From NCBI GenBank assembly GCA_016176785.1, contig JACOWN010000005.1:1202-65201 (forward strand): 64,000 nucleotides of DNA, given 5' to 3'. The position numbers and the translations under genes are program-made. The notes beneath the pieces were generated by a model. The model saw only the letters and a list, made by a program, of their open reading frames with translations. It did no database searches and was not told the origin of the DNA. Numbering within the stretch: the first letter of the stretch is position 1; each line of letters opens with the position of its first letter. Origin of the DNA: Parcubacteria group bacterium. Lineage in GTDB: Bacteria > Patescibacteriota > Minisyncoccia > Phycocordibacterales > UBA2135. Positions 40,908-51,452 of the stretch are shown piece by piece.

Positions 40908-41936
40908 ATGTTTTTTTATTTCCTGCGGCGGAAAGCGATTACCCTGATCGTTGCGCTTTCCATTGAGGCCAGCATGCCGGTCGCATTCATGCCCGCCGGC
41001 TTTTTCTCGTTTTTAGGGAACTTGTTTGAAAGGGCGGGATCGTCGGCGGTGACCGTTTCCAATTCGCAGAACATGGCGCTCCTCCAGGCGGCGCTTAACT
41101 TTGACCCCAACCCCTCAAAGGGCGGCGGCGACATCACCATTGTTGGCGATTCCGCCCTTCTGCCCGACAGCGGCCCCTTAGGCACGATCGCGGACGTTGA
41201 AGAGCAGGCGCCCGGTTCAGACCAGATCAGTTTATATGTCGTGCGCGAAGGCGACTCATTGTCCCAGATCGCAAAAATGTTCGGTGTTTCCGTGAACACC
41301 ATCATGTGGGCGAACGACATTAACCGCGGCGACCTCATCCATGCGGGACAAGTGCTCGTTATCCTTCCCATATCCGGCGTCCGTTATACGGTTCTCAAGG
41401 GAGACACGTTGGAAATTATTGCCAAAAAATTCAAAGGAGACGTTGATGAAATAAAAAGATTTAACGATATTGCAAACGCATCGGAGCTTACTGTGGGGCG
41501 GACGATCATTATTCCTGCGGGAGAGGTCGCAAACAGGTCATATACCGCGCAGGGGTATCTGCCCGTCAGCGGCGCAAACGGACCCTCGTACGTCGGCTAC
41601 TACTTGCGTCCCGTCCCCGGCCCCAAGACGCAAGGCCTCCACGGGTATAACGGCGTTGATTTTGCCGCCGCATACGGAACGCCCGTGGCCGCCGCCGCCG
41701 AAGGAGCCGTCATCGTAAGCAGACCGGAAGGTTGGAACGGAGGGTACGGGCAATATGTTGTGGTGAGCCATCCCAATGGAACGCAAACGCTCTACGCGCA
41801 CTTGGGAGCCGTCGCCGTTTCCGCGGGTTCATATGTCGCGCGCGGGCAGACCATTGGCTATTCCGGTTCAACGGGAAAATCAACCGGCCCCCATCTCCAC
41901 TTTGAAGTTCGCGGCGCGCAGAACCCTTTTCAATAA
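40908..41936 (+). CDS. LysM x2 plus M23 peptidase (start uncertain)
   Basis: YVVREGDSLSQIA, YTV.KGDTL, HGYNGVD, YAHL, HLHFEV. Confidence 0.9.
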   Translation: MFFYFLRRKAITLIVALSIEASMPVAFMPAGFFSFLGNLFERAGSSAVTVSNSQNMALLQAALNFDPNPSKGGGDITIVGDSALLPDSGPLGTIADVEEQAPGSDQISLYVVREGDSLSQIAKMFGVSVNTIMWANDINRGDLIHAGQVLVILPISGVRYTVLKGDTLEIIAKKFKGDVDEIKRFNDIANASELTVGRTIIIPAGEVANRSYTAQGYLPVSGANGPSYVGYYLRPVPGPKTQGLHGYNGVDFAAAYGTPVAAAAEGAVIVSRPEGWNGGYGQYVVVSHPNGTQTLYAHLGAVAVSAGSYVARGQTIGYSGSTGKSTGPHLHFEVRGAQNPFQ

Positions 41937-41986
41937 TTCAATAACGCACGCGAGCGCATACGGTCGCGTCGCGACCAATTTCAGTA

Positions 41987-42017
41987 AAGAAAAGGCCCCT
42001 TAAAGGGCCTTTTCTTT
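41987..42017. terminator. Bidirectional terminator
   Basis: AAAGAAAAGGCCC...GGGCCTTTTCTTT. Confidence 0.8.
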
Positions 42018-42080
42018 AGGTTTTTCTTTTCCTTGCCGCGATGCTTTGCGGATGTATACTGAGGAAGGAGAGATTCCTCC

Positions 42081-42500
42081 TTGGAGCGCATCGCCATGTT
42101 AACGAACCTCGGCAGAGCCTTGGCCGGCGTGCTCTCAACGGCCGTCGGCATTCTGTGGATGCAGTGGGAGTTCGCCGTGGCGCCGTCCGTATATGACCGG
42201 CGTCCGTACGCCGTATATCCCCTCGTTCAAATCCTTGAACAATCGCGAATGGGCATTACGGTCAAGGTGCGCGCCGAGAACGGCACGGTTGAAACACTCG
42301 TGTTTCGGAGCGCGTGGTATCGTTTCTACCGTCCCAACGTGACGGTTGAATATCTGGTTGACGGCGCGGCGCGCATTGAAGTGTACCGAGGCTATCGCCA
42401 GTGGTGGATTTTTTCCGACAACGGGACGGTTTTTTTCCGCATCGCCGTTTACAATGAAACCGAGGCGAGATGGCAGAGTCTTTATGAAGAACCGCCCTAA
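42081..42500 (+). CDS. Hypothetical membrane-anchored protein
   Basis: TTGCCG-N16-TATACT promoter, AAGGAG SD, N-terminal TM. Confidence 0.55.
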   Translation: MERIAMLTNLGRALAGVLSTAVGILWMQWEFAVAPSVYDRRPYAVYPLVQILEQSRMGITVKVRAENGTVETLVFRSAWYRFYRPNVTVEYLVDGAARIEVYRGYRQWWIFSDNGTVFFRIAVYNETEARWQSLYEEPP

Positions 42501-42553
42501 CGGTTGAAAAACCACGGGGCGGTTTTTTTGAAGCATGCGCGGCGCGGCTGGCC

Positions 42554-44311
42554 TCATCGCTTCAGCGCCCCAAGGAGCTCTGACACCGGCAAAGTGTTCA
42601 CGATATCTTCTTTTTTTGCCCAGCCGCGTCGCGCCAGATGCGCTCCGTATTCAAGAAATCGGAGATGCCCGACGGAGTGCGCATCGGTATCAACGGACAT
42701 CTTAACGCCCGCCTCAACGCACTTTTTGATCAGCGCATCGTCAATGTCGGAGCGGTCGGGATACGCGTCGATCTCAATGACCGTTTTTGTCCGCTGTGCG
42801 GCTTTGATGACCTCGTCTGTGTCAAGGTCAATCCCCTTGCGGCGGTTCAGGATGCGCGTCGTCAGGTGAAAAATAATGTCAACGTTCGGATTCTCCATTG
42901 CGCGGATGACGCGTTTTGTTTGCTCGTCCCGCGGAAGATTGAAGTGACTGTGCACCGCCGCGCCGACGACGTCAAGAAGCGCGAGCGTCTCGTCGTCTAT
43001 ATCAAGGGTCCCGTCTTTCAAGATATTTACCTCCGCGCCCTTTAAGACCCTGAAGTTTGAGCTTTGAAGTTTGAGCGTTGAGTTTATTTTGTCTATCTCC
43101 TTTATTTGGCGCTTGAGTTTGGCCTCGTCTGAGCCGCCGGTCATGGCGAGCGTCTTCGTATGATCGGTGATCGCGATGTATTCAAGCCCCAGTTTTTGCG
43201 CCTCCTCCGCATACTCCTCAACGGTATTCTCGCCGTCCGTCCAGGTCGTCTGTATCTGAAGGTCGCCGCGGAGGTCTCTGTATTCAACGAGTTTCGGCAA
43301 TCTGTTCTCGCGCGCCGCCGCAATCTCCCCCGTCATTTCCCTAAGCTCCGGCTCAATGTAACGGAAACCGAGTTTTTTATAGAGTTCCTCCTCCGTTTTT
43401 CCCGCAATGAATGTTTCTTTCCTCCCCGTTTTCCCGCGAGATGCGAAAAGGCCGTATTCGGAGAGTTTCCATCCTCGCGCGAGCGCGATGCGCCGCAGTT
43501 CAATGTTGTGCGCTTTGGAGCCGGTAAAATAATTGAGCGCCGCGCCCCATGATTTTTTCGGGACAACGCGGAGGTCTGCGTCAAGGCCGTTCTTGAGCCG
43601 CACGTTCGTCTTGGTCGGGCCTTTGTCGTAGACATGCGCGACGAACGGAAGATTGACAAACCGGTCCATGACCCGTTCCGGGTCTTTTGACGTCGCGAGA
43701 ATGTCTATGTCGCCGATGGTTTCTTTGAAGCGGCGCACCGAACCCGCGACCATCACGTCTTCCACTTCCGGAAAATCACGGATGCGTTGTTCAATGTTCC
43801 GGATATCGGGTAACGCAAAACCGAGGATCTTTCTTCCCGCCCCCGACTTCAGGAATGCGATGCCGTTCAGGATTTTTTCCTCCGTTTTTTTACCGAAGCC
43901 GGGAAGCGTTCTTATCTTTCCCGCGCGCGCGGCGCGTTCAAGTTCCTTGAGATTTCGTATGCGGAGTTTTTTCCACAGCGTCCTGACGGTCTGCGGCCCG
44001 ACGCCCTCAACCGCAGTCAGTTCTTCTATTTTGACCGGCGTTCCTTTTTTGAGCCGCTCATACTCCGTGAAGCGCCCTTTTGTCAGAAGATGTTCAATAT
44101 GTTCCGCGATCCCCTTTCCGACACCGGGGATTTCTTGAAGCGCCCGTGTTCCGCCGGCGGCATAGATCTCCCGCACGTTCTCATCAAGCGCTTCAACGGA
44201 GAGCGCCGCCTTTTCATATGCGCGCGGCTTAAATTGGACGCCGCCCATCTCATAGAGCGCCGCCATCTCGTGAAGAATGCGCGCAACGTCGTCGTTTGAG
44301 AGCCGTTTCAT
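42554..44311 (-). CDS. polX: DNA polymerase X with PHP domain
   Basis: AGSVRR.KETIGDIDIL, YFTGSK.HN, ITDH, GAEVNI, DTDAH. Confidence 0.95.
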   Translation of the reverse strand: MKRLSNDDVARILHEMAALYEMGGVQFKPRAYEKAALSVEALDENVREIYAAGGTRALQEIPGVGKGIAEHIEHLLTKGRFTEYERLKKGTPVKIEELTAVEGVGPQTVRTLWKKLRIRNLKELERAARAGKIRTLPGFGKKTEEKILNGIAFLKSGAGRKILGFALPDIRNIEQRIRDFPEVEDVMVAGSVRRFKETIGDIDILATSKDPERVMDRFVNLPFVAHVYDKGPTKTNVRLKNGLDADLRVVPKKSWGAALNYFTGSKAHNIELRRIALARGWKLSEYGLFASRGKTGRKETFIAGKTEEELYKKLGFRYIEPELREMTGEIAAARENRLPKLVEYRDLRGDLQIQTTWTDGENTVEEYAEEAQKLGLEYIAITDHTKTLAMTGGSDEAKLKRQIKEIDKINSTLKLQSSNFRVLKGAEVNILKDGTLDIDDETLALLDVVGAAVHSHFNLPRDEQTKRVIRAMENPNVDIIFHLTTRILNRRKGIDLDTDEVIKAAQRTKTVIEIDAYPDRSDIDDALIKKCVEAGVKMSVDTDAHSVGHLRFLEYGAHLARRGWAKKEDIVNTLPVSELLGALKR

Positions 44312-44397
44312 ACGCATATCATAGCAGAAGCGCGGCGGTTCGCGAGAGAGGGAGCCGCCGCTTGGTTTGCTCCGCGGATGTTTGATATACTTTACTC

Positions 44398-45420
44398 ATG
44401 AAAACCCACCTCGTTGCGGTCGGCGCCATTATCGCCTTCGCCGCTCTCCTCGGCGGTTCCTATTACGTCATCCAATCGCAGGTGGTTGGCACGCTTGAAA
44501 AAAAAGCGACAGAGGCGCTCGTAAGCGGCGATTATCTTGCGTCGCTCCGCCACCTTGAAGACCTCCGGGAATCGGCTCCCAAAGAAGCGTCGCTCCGCAG
44601 CGTTGACGAAAAGATCACTGAAGCGAAAAATCTGCTGCTCGCCGATGAAATTTTGACGAAAGCGCGCACTGCGGCGGAGAACGGCGACTGGTTTCAGGTT
44701 AAAGCCCTCCTGCAGCAGGGCGACGCGACCACAAACACCTCATTTACGCATTACAAAGAAGCCATTGATCTCTATGTTGCCGCTGCGAACAAAGTGCGCG
44801 AACTTGAAGAAAAGATAGACGCCGAACTTTCTCAGTTCCGCGAGGAAGCGCTTACGGAGAAAACAAAACGGCAGGCAGCCGAGCAAAAAGTAACGCAAAC
44901 GACGCAGCAACTGGAAACCACCGTTGCGGAAAAACAGGCGTCCGAACAGAAGCTCCAGCAGGAAATCTCCATTGTTTCGGCGGAGAAAGACGTGGCGGAA
45001 AGAATGGCGGAACAAGAACGCTTGAGTAAGTTTTTGAACGAAATTGACCTTTATCTTTCCATGCTCGGAAGAGGCGTTCGCTATCTTGACGACGCCATTG
45101 TTGAAATAGATGAAGGGAAAGACACGACCGCGCTCGCGCTTTTGAATCAGGGCAAGGCGCTTTTTGACGAAGTGAGCATGCGCACGAACGAGTTGCTCGT
45201 AAACCGTACCGAGAATGCATATAAACCGCAGGTGACCAATCTGTTGCAAGCGGCGACGGTCTTGGTGAGCGCAGCGCGGAGTTTCGGAAGCGCGGTGTTT
45301 TACATTGACCAAAAAGACGGCGATGAATTCCAAAAGTTCATGAGCGACGGAAGACAGAGCCGCGCCGCTTCCGTAAAACTCATGGACGATCTGCGCGCTT
45401 TCATTTTATCACTTCGTTAA
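44398..45420 (+). CDS. Membrane-anchored coiled-coil hypothetical protein
   Basis: N-terminal TM, helical Q/E/K-rich body. Confidence 0.7.
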   Translation: MKTHLVAVGAIIAFAALLGGSYYVIQSQVVGTLEKKATEALVSGDYLASLRHLEDLRESAPKEASLRSVDEKITEAKNLLLADEILTKARTAAENGDWFQVKALLQQGDATTNTSFTHYKEAIDLYVAAANKVRELEEKIDAELSQFREEALTEKTKRQAAEQKVTQTTQQLETTVAEKQASEQKLQQEISIVSAEKDVAERMAEQERLSKFLNEIDLYLSMLGRGVRYLDDAIVEIDEGKDTTALALLNQGKALFDEVSMRTNELLVNRTENAYKPQVTNLLQAATVLVSAARSFGSAVFYIDQKDGDEFQKFMSDGRQSRAASVKLMDDLRAFILSLR

Positions 45421-45450
45421 AAATGTCCCGCCTAAGGCGGGACATTTTTA
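45418..45450. terminator. Bidirectional terminator
   Basis: TAAAAATGTCCCGCC-taa-GGCGGGACATTTTTA. Confidence 0.85.
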
Positions 45451-45475
45451 GCGGCGGAGAGCGTTCGCGCCGAAG

Positions 45476-47059
45476 TTATCGGAACGCCTCTTCTTTCGGC
45501 CGATACCGGAGCGCCTCCAGGATGTGCTTTTCTTCAATGGTTTCGCTCGCATCCACGTCCGCGATAGTGCGGGCTAATTTAATGACGCGGTGATACGCGC
45601 GCGGCGAGAGGTCTATCGTGCGCGCCGAACGCATAAGCGTTTCTTCGGCGGTGCGCGCAAGACGCGCGTAACGCGGCAGTGTTTTCACGTTCATGCGCGC
45701 GTTGACGCGGAGGCGCGGCGTGTTCCCGAAACGCTCCGCTTGCCGTTCGCGCGCGCGGAGGACGACCGCGGCGGGTTCCGGCTCATCACCCGCGCGCGCG
45801 GAGGCGCGGTTCAACGAGAGTTCCTCATGGGGAAGGCGCGGCACCTCGATCCACATATCAATGCGGTCCATGATCGGACCGGAGAGTTTGCGGCGATATT
45901 TCTGAAGAGCGCTTTGCGTGCAGATGCATTCTTTTGTCGCGTCTCCTCGGAATCCGCACGGGCACGGATTGAACGCGGCAATGAGAATGAACTCGGCCGG
46001 AAACACCTCCGACCCCTTGATGCGCGCAATGTTCACCACGCCGTCTTCAAGCGGCTGGCGGAGCGACTCAATGACGCGCGTTTCAAACTCGGGGAACTCG
46101 TCAAGGAAAAGGACGCCGCGGTGCGCAAGCGTCGCTTCGCCCGGTTTGGGGAATGTGCCGCCGCCGATGATGGCGACGTGCGATGACGTGTGGTGCGGCG
46201 CGCGGAAAGGCGGCGCCACGATGAGGTCGTCCCCCAGTTTTCCAGCGACCGAATGGATGCCGGTCACCTCAAGCGCTTCGTCAAACGAGAGCGGCGGGAG
46301 AATTGACGAGAATGCCCGCGCAAGGAGCGTCTTGCCGGTTCCGGGCGGCCCGTAGAAGGCGATATTGTGCCCGCCGGCCGCCGCTATCACGAGACCGCGT
46401 TTGGCGCTTTCCTGACCGCGGATATCGGCAAACGACAGATCATCGCGGCCGCGGCTCGTAAACGGTCCAAAAGAAGTTTCCGGCTGCGCGGAGAGCGGCG
46501 CCCTCGGGATGCGGGGACCGTCCGTCCCGCGCTCTTTCTTCGTATTGATATGCCCGATGACGTCTTTCAGCGTGCGCGCGCCGTACACTGTTATGCCGCG
46601 GACAAGCGCCGCTTCTCGTGCGTTCGCTTCCGGCACGAATACCTCGGTAAAGCCCGAGGCGCGCGCGTGTTGGGCGAGCATAAGGACGCCGTGTGCGGGC
46701 CGCAATTCTCCCGCAAGCGACAGCTCTCCGATGAAAAGCCGTCCGTCCGCCGCAAATTGGATCTCATCAGTTGCGGCGAGATATGCGAGCGCGATGGGAA
46801 GGTCAAAAAGAGGCCCCTCTTTTTTTAGATCCGCCGGAGCCAATGAAACGACGACCTTGTGCTGTCCGTCGCTTTTGGGAGAGGACAAACCGGCGTTTTT
46901 GATCGCCGAAGAAACGCGGTCGCGCGATTCTTCCACTGCCTTATCCGGCAAACCGACGACTGAGAACGTATGAAATCCGCCGAAGATGTCAACCTCAATG
47001 GTTATGGTGTGCGCGCGGAGTCCGATTGTTTGCGCCGAATAAATGCGAGAAAGTTTCAT
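45476..47059 (-). CDS. comM: ComM/YifB Mg-chelatase-like AAA ATPase
   Basis: VGLPD.AV.ES, GPPGTGKT, PFRAPHH, LFLDE, NPCPCG, ARTIAD. Confidence 0.92.
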   Translation of the reverse strand: MKLSRIYSAQTIGLRAHTITIEVDIFGGFHTFSVVGLPDKAVEESRDRVSSAIKNAGLSSPKSDGQHKVVVSLAPADLKKEGPLFDLPIALAYLAATDEIQFAADGRLFIGELSLAGELRPAHGVLMLAQHARASGFTEVFVPEANAREAALVRGITVYGARTLKDVIGHINTKKERGTDGPRIPRAPLSAQPETSFGPFTSRGRDDLSFADIRGQESAKRGLVIAAAGGHNIAFYGPPGTGKTLLARAFSSILPPLSFDEALEVTGIHSVAGKLGDDLIVAPPFRAPHHTSSHVAIIGGGTFPKPGEATLAHRGVLFLDEFPEFETRVIESLRQPLEDGVVNIARIKGSEVFPAEFILIAAFNPCPCGFRGDATKECICTQSALQKYRRKLSGPIMDRIDMWIEVPRLPHEELSLNRASARAGDEPEPAAVVLRARERQAERFGNTPRLRVNARMNVKTLPRYARLARTAEETLMRSARTIDLSPRAYHRVIKLARTIADVDASETIEEKHILEALRYRPKEEAFR

Positions 47060-47138
47060 AGGGCGAGTGTAGCAAGAGACAAACATCGCGACCACTTGCA
47101 GGAAAAACTCCCGCGTGTCGCGGGAGTTTTTCCGAGAG

Positions 47139-47501
47139 TCATTCATTCAAATGTTTGGTGCATGTACGCGCGGCGGGGTTTGCGCGGAGCCGTTCACGCT
47201 CAATTTCTTCGTTGCCGATCTCGCATATGCCGTATTTCCCGCGCACCATGCGCTCCAATGCGTCATTCACTTCTTGCAGCCGCTCCTCAAGAGTATCAGT
47301 AACGGCATGCCGTTCCTCCGTTTCCTCGTGTATGTCGGCAGCGGTATTCAAATCCGCGCGCTCGGTCGCTTCCTCTGCGGATTCTTTTGCGTCCCAATCT
47401 TCGGGATTCCGCGGATTGGGAGCGCCGACACTCGCAAGCTCCTTAAGGAGCAGCGCTTTTTCTTCTTCCAATTTTTGTTTGAAATAAGCGGTATCTATCA
47501 T
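47139..47501 (-). CDS. DksA/TraR-like protein
   Basis: AL.R...G.YGIC...EEI..ERL.ANPAARTC. Confidence 0.85.
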   Translation of the reverse strand: MIDTAYFKQKLEEEKALLLKELASVGAPNPRNPEDWDAKESAEEATERADLNTAADIHEETEERHAVTDTLEERLQEVNDALERMVRGKYGICEIGNEEIERERLRANPAARTCTKHLNE

Positions 47502-47549
47502 ATCAAAATCCTATCGGAAAACGGGACGGGGCGCAACGCGAGGAAAATG

Positions 47550-48893
47550 TCAATCGGCGGAGCGGCGGGGCGCCGTAACGCGGCGGAACGCTTCATCAAA
47601 AGTCACTTCATTCGTCGCGAGAATGAGGGTTGAGGAATTGACGAACGAATAGAGAAGGATGATGCGGTTTGTGGAGTCGGTGAGCATCCGCGCGTCGTGA
47701 TTTTTGATGATGACGTCTTCAAAACGCCGCCCGCGAAGCTCCGTTTCTCGCGCCGACAGATCGAGGAGGGGCGCGAGATCGCGCACTATCGCCTGTTCCC
47801 ACGCGAGCATGCCGGAAAATGCGGTCTCAAGCCCGGCGATATGAGCGACGAGAAAAGGATAATTGCGGTCAAGCGTATGCATTCCGAATGCCGCCGCGTC
47901 AATGGAACGGGAAACTTCCGCGGGGATGGAATCGCCGATGAGCGAAAGGACATCGCGCACGGAAAGCGCCGTTTCCCCCGTCTCGTTCGCGTCGCCGCGG
48001 GGAAGATTTGACGCCTGTGTGGTGAAAGAAACGAGCGTTACGGCGTTCACGTTCGCCTGCGTGTTCTGGAGCGCGTTCCGGACGCCGTCGCCGATCGCCG
48101 TGCGCGAGAGGCGCGGCAGCGATACGGTGATTTTTTTGTCCGCCGAGAGAAGCGTTTTGTCCGTGGGCGCGGCAGACGGCGCGATTTCCTCTCCGCGCGC
48201 CGCCATAAACGCGTAGATGCCGACCCCGATGCTCAAGGTAACGAGGGCGATGCCACCCATAAGGAGCACTCGAGACGAGAAACGCGATTCCTGCGGCGCC
48301 TCAAACGAAGCGCCCCCTCCCCCTTCTTCGCGGCGCAACTGTTCCGCAACGGCGATATCGGCAAGCGATTTTTTTCCCGTCTCAATGGTTCCCGACACGT
48401 CGCTCTTATAGGTGCGTGATGCCTTGAGCCAAGTTTCTTCAGCCGTCTCTTTTTTTTCTTGTAACGGGATTTCCTGCGATACGGGTGTTGGCGAGGGCGG
48501 CGGCGGAGGCGGAGGAACGGCCGCCTCTTCTCTCTGCGAAGCCCGCGGCGTTTCATGCGACAGCGATGAGGGAGGCGTTTGAGGCTCCGCGCGTTCACTC
48601 ACCGCTTCCGTTCGCGGCGTCTCCGTCTTCTGCGCGGGAGGAAGCGGTTCATGCAGTATTTCGGCAACTTCCGCAACGAGCGGAGACGCCGGCACCGGCG
48701 TCATCTTTGCCGCGGGGCGTTCGGGCGGCGCGGGCGGCGGAGGAGGTTGCGGCAGGGGTGTTCGCGGCAGAGGCGCCGCGGCGCGCCCTTCGGGTGGCTC
48801 GTTATTGTTCATATGACCGAGAATGCCCGTGCGCTCCTCCGGTTTGAAAGAAGGAGGTGTGGGCCCGGCGTTCTGCGGCAGTATTGGTTCCAT
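47550..48893 (-). CDS. Pro-rich single-pass membrane hypothetical protein
   Basis: RTYKSD, one TM, AFSGMLAWE, FED.IIKN.D.R. Confidence 0.7.
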   Translation of the reverse strand: MEPILPQNAGPTPPSFKPEERTGILGHMNNNEPPEGRAAAPLPRTPLPQPPPPPAPPERPAAKMTPVPASPLVAEVAEILHEPLPPAQKTETPRTEAVSERAEPQTPPSSLSHETPRASQREEAAVPPPPPPPSPTPVSQEIPLQEKKETAEETWLKASRTYKSDVSGTIETGKKSLADIAVAEQLRREEGGGGASFEAPQESRFSSRVLLMGGIALVTLSIGVGIYAFMAARGEEIAPSAAPTDKTLLSADKKITVSLPRLSRTAIGDGVRNALQNTQANVNAVTLVSFTTQASNLPRGDANETGETALSVRDVLSLIGDSIPAEVSRSIDAAAFGMHTLDRNYPFLVAHIAGLETAFSGMLAWEQAIVRDLAPLLDLSARETELRGRRFEDVIIKNHDARMLTDSTNRIILLYSFVNSSTLILATNEVTFDEAFRRVTAPRRSAD

Positions 48894-48964
48894 ATTCCAT
48901 TAGTATACGGCATATCGGGACGCATTTCCTGTGAACAAAATATCCCCCGGGCGGGGGGACATTT

Positions 48965-51187
48965 TTAATACCTGCTCTGCCGCCTCGGCGGCCGCCGGTC
49001 GTCATCGCCGCGCCGGTTGTTAAGGCGAGGCGGCGCGGGCGGAAGACGTTTCAACGCTTCGGTGAAAAAGTTCGGGTCGGCTTGTTTTATGGAGAGATTA
49101 ACGCGCCCTTTTTCGTCGATCTCGGACACCACGACGGGCACGCGGTCGCCCTCTTTCACAAGGTCGGTAACCTGATTGATGCGCACGGGAGCGAATTCCG
49201 AGATGTGCACCAACCCTTCGGCGTGCGGGCTGATCTTCACCATCGCGCCGAAATCAAACAAGCGGCTTACCGTCCCCTCAAAACGCTCGCCGGGCCGATA
49301 CTCATGCACGACCTCTTCCACCATTTTTTCGGCTGCTTCCGCGGCGCCGTTCTTGCCGACGATGAAAATGGTACCGTCCTCCTCAATGTCGATCTCGGCG
49401 GACGTTTCCGCGATGATTTTATTGATCGTTTTTCCCGAGGGGCCGATGACGAGCCCGATTTTCTCAACCGGAATGTGTTTGACGAGGATCTTCGGCGCCG
49501 CGGGAGAAAGCGCCGGCCGCGGCGCGGGCAACGCGCGTTCCATGGCGTCAAGGACGGCGAGACGCGCCGCTTTCGCCTTGCGGAGCGCTTCGGAAAGGAT
49601 CGAGACCGGAATGCCGTCAACCTTAATATCCATCTGGATCGCCGTAATGCCGTCCCGCGTGCCCGCAACTTTGAAATCCATGTCGCCGTGATGGTCTTCC
49701 GGCCCTTGAATATCCGTCAGGATTTTATAGTTTGTGATTTGTCGGTCGCGGTCTTTGGTTCCGGATTTCGGATTTTCCAAAATAAGTCCCATTGCCATGC
49801 CGCCGACGGGCTTTGTGATGGGGACGCCCGCATCCATAAGCGCAAGCGTTCCCGCGCAGACCGAGCCCATTGATGTTGAACCGTTCGACGAGAGCACTTC
49901 GGAAACGATGCGGATGGTATAGGGGAATGTTTCTTTGGGAGGAATGACGGATGAAAGCGCCTTTTCGGCAAGCGCGCCGTGGCCGATCATGCGGCGGTTC
50001 ATGCCGCCGATGCGCCCCGTCTCTCCGGATGAGAACGGCGGAAAATTGTAGTGGTGCATGAATCGCTTCTGGGTGCGGACCTCCATACCCTCAACGAGCT
50101 GCGCATCCCCCGGTCCGCCGAGCGTCAAGATTGAAAGCACGTGCGTTTGCCCGCGATAGAAAAGTCCAGTCCCGTGAAGCACGGGCGAAATGCCGCCCGC
50201 TTGCGCATAGAGCGGCCGGATCTCGTCCATACCCCTGCCGTCGGGGCGCCTGTTATTCTCAAGCGCCTCGCGGTGGATGAGTTCGTCAACGCGTTCTTCA
50301 AAATAATTTCCGGCAACGTCGGGATTTCCCTCAGGCGCCGCCTCTTCGTAGAGCGCAAGCCATTCGGCCTTGAGGTCGGTATGCGCTTCGTCTTTCGGTC
50401 CGAATGTCGCCGCTTCAAGGCGCGGCGCGATCTTTTCTCGGTACAACGACAAAAGCGTCCCGTCGGGTTCGTCATGCGCGATCGTCCGCTTTGTCTTTCC
50501 GACCTCCGCGATTATCTTTTTTTGGAACGCCTGCAATTTTTCAATTTCCTCAATCGCACGCGCGAACGCCGCGTCCATTATTTCCTCGCTGACATCGCGG
50601 GCGCCCGCTTCTATCATGACCAAATTGCCGTCTTTGCCGCACATGATCGCGTCAAGTTCGCCCGCGCCGTTGTTTCTGTGTTTGTATTCAGGATTGATGG
50701 CGAATCCGCCGTCATCCGCATGTTTGTCAATGCGGATTGCCGACACGGGCCCTCCCCACGGAATGTCGGACGTTGCGAGCGCAAGCGAGGCGGCGTTTAT
50801 GGCGAGAACGTCCGGATCATCGTCGCCGAGAGAGATAACGGTGATCACCACCTGCACTTCATTGCGCAGGCGCTGGTCGAAAAACGGGCGAATGGTGCGG
50901 TCCACCGCCCTGCCGCCGAGGACCGCTTCGTCCGACGGACGCCCCTCGCGCCGGACGAACCTGCTGCCGAGAATTTCTCCCGCGGCATAAAATTTTTCTT
51001 CGTAATCAACGACGAGAGGGAAAAAATCGATCCCCTCGCGCTTTTGCGCCGATATGACCGCGGTGGCGAGCACGGTCGTGTTGCCGTACGAAAGCAAGAC
51101 CGAGCCGTTCGCCTTTTCCGCAAGGTCGCTGAAAACGGCGGTCAGTTGTTTCCCCGCCACTTCAAGCGCAAACTCTTTTTTCTGCAT
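48965..51187 (-). CDS. pnp: Polyribonucleotide nucleotidyltransferase
   Basis: DFFPL.VDYEE, HYNFPPFS, SSNGSTSM, GDMDFKVAG, KH and S1 domains. Confidence 0.97.
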   Translation of the reverse strand: MQKKEFALEVAGKQLTAVFSDLAEKANGSVLLSYGNTTVLATAVISAQKREGIDFFPLVVDYEEKFYAAGEILGSRFVRREGRPSDEAVLGGRAVDRTIRPFFDQRLRNEVQVVITVISLGDDDPDVLAINAASLALATSDIPWGGPVSAIRIDKHADDGGFAINPEYKHRNNGAGELDAIMCGKDGNLVMIEAGARDVSEEIMDAAFARAIEEIEKLQAFQKKIIAEVGKTKRTIAHDEPDGTLLSLYREKIAPRLEAATFGPKDEAHTDLKAEWLALYEEAAPEGNPDVAGNYFEERVDELIHREALENNRRPDGRGMDEIRPLYAQAGGISPVLHGTGLFYRGQTHVLSILTLGGPGDAQLVEGMEVRTQKRFMHHYNFPPFSSGETGRIGGMNRRMIGHGALAEKALSSVIPPKETFPYTIRIVSEVLSSNGSTSMGSVCAGTLALMDAGVPITKPVGGMAMGLILENPKSGTKDRDRQITNYKILTDIQGPEDHHGDMDFKVAGTRDGITAIQMDIKVDGIPVSILSEALRKAKAARLAVLDAMERALPAPRPALSPAAPKILVKHIPVEKIGLVIGPSGKTINKIIAETSAEIDIEEDGTIFIVGKNGAAEAAEKMVEEVVHEYRPGERFEGTVSRLFDFGAMVKISPHAEGLVHISEFAPVRINQVTDLVKEGDRVPVVVSEIDEKGRVNLSIKQADPNFFTEALKRLPPAPPRLNNRRGDDDRRPPRRQSRY

Positions 51188-51340
51188 ACCGTATATTGTA
51201 TGCCGTAACCTTCAGATTTTAGAATTGAAGCACGGTTCAATCCTACCTATCCGAAGGCCAAGGCCTTCGCGCTTAGCGATTAATACTATTCAATATTCAC
51301 AAAGTAGCACAACCGCATTCTTTTTCAAGATGTGGTGCCG

Positions 51341-51448
51341 TTTGTTCAACACCCGATGTTGAACAAACCAAAACCGGCCGTGTCGGCCGGTTTTGGTGCG
51401 GCTGGGTGCCGCTGTTCTTTTTTTGTTCAACATCGGGTGTTGAACAAA
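51341..51448. repeat. Nested inverted-repeat (REP/MITE-like) element
   Basis: 27-bp perfect IRs (51341-51367, 51422-51448), each self-palindromic, around a 14-bp hairpin. Confidence 0.8.
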
Positions 51449-51452
51449 AGGG

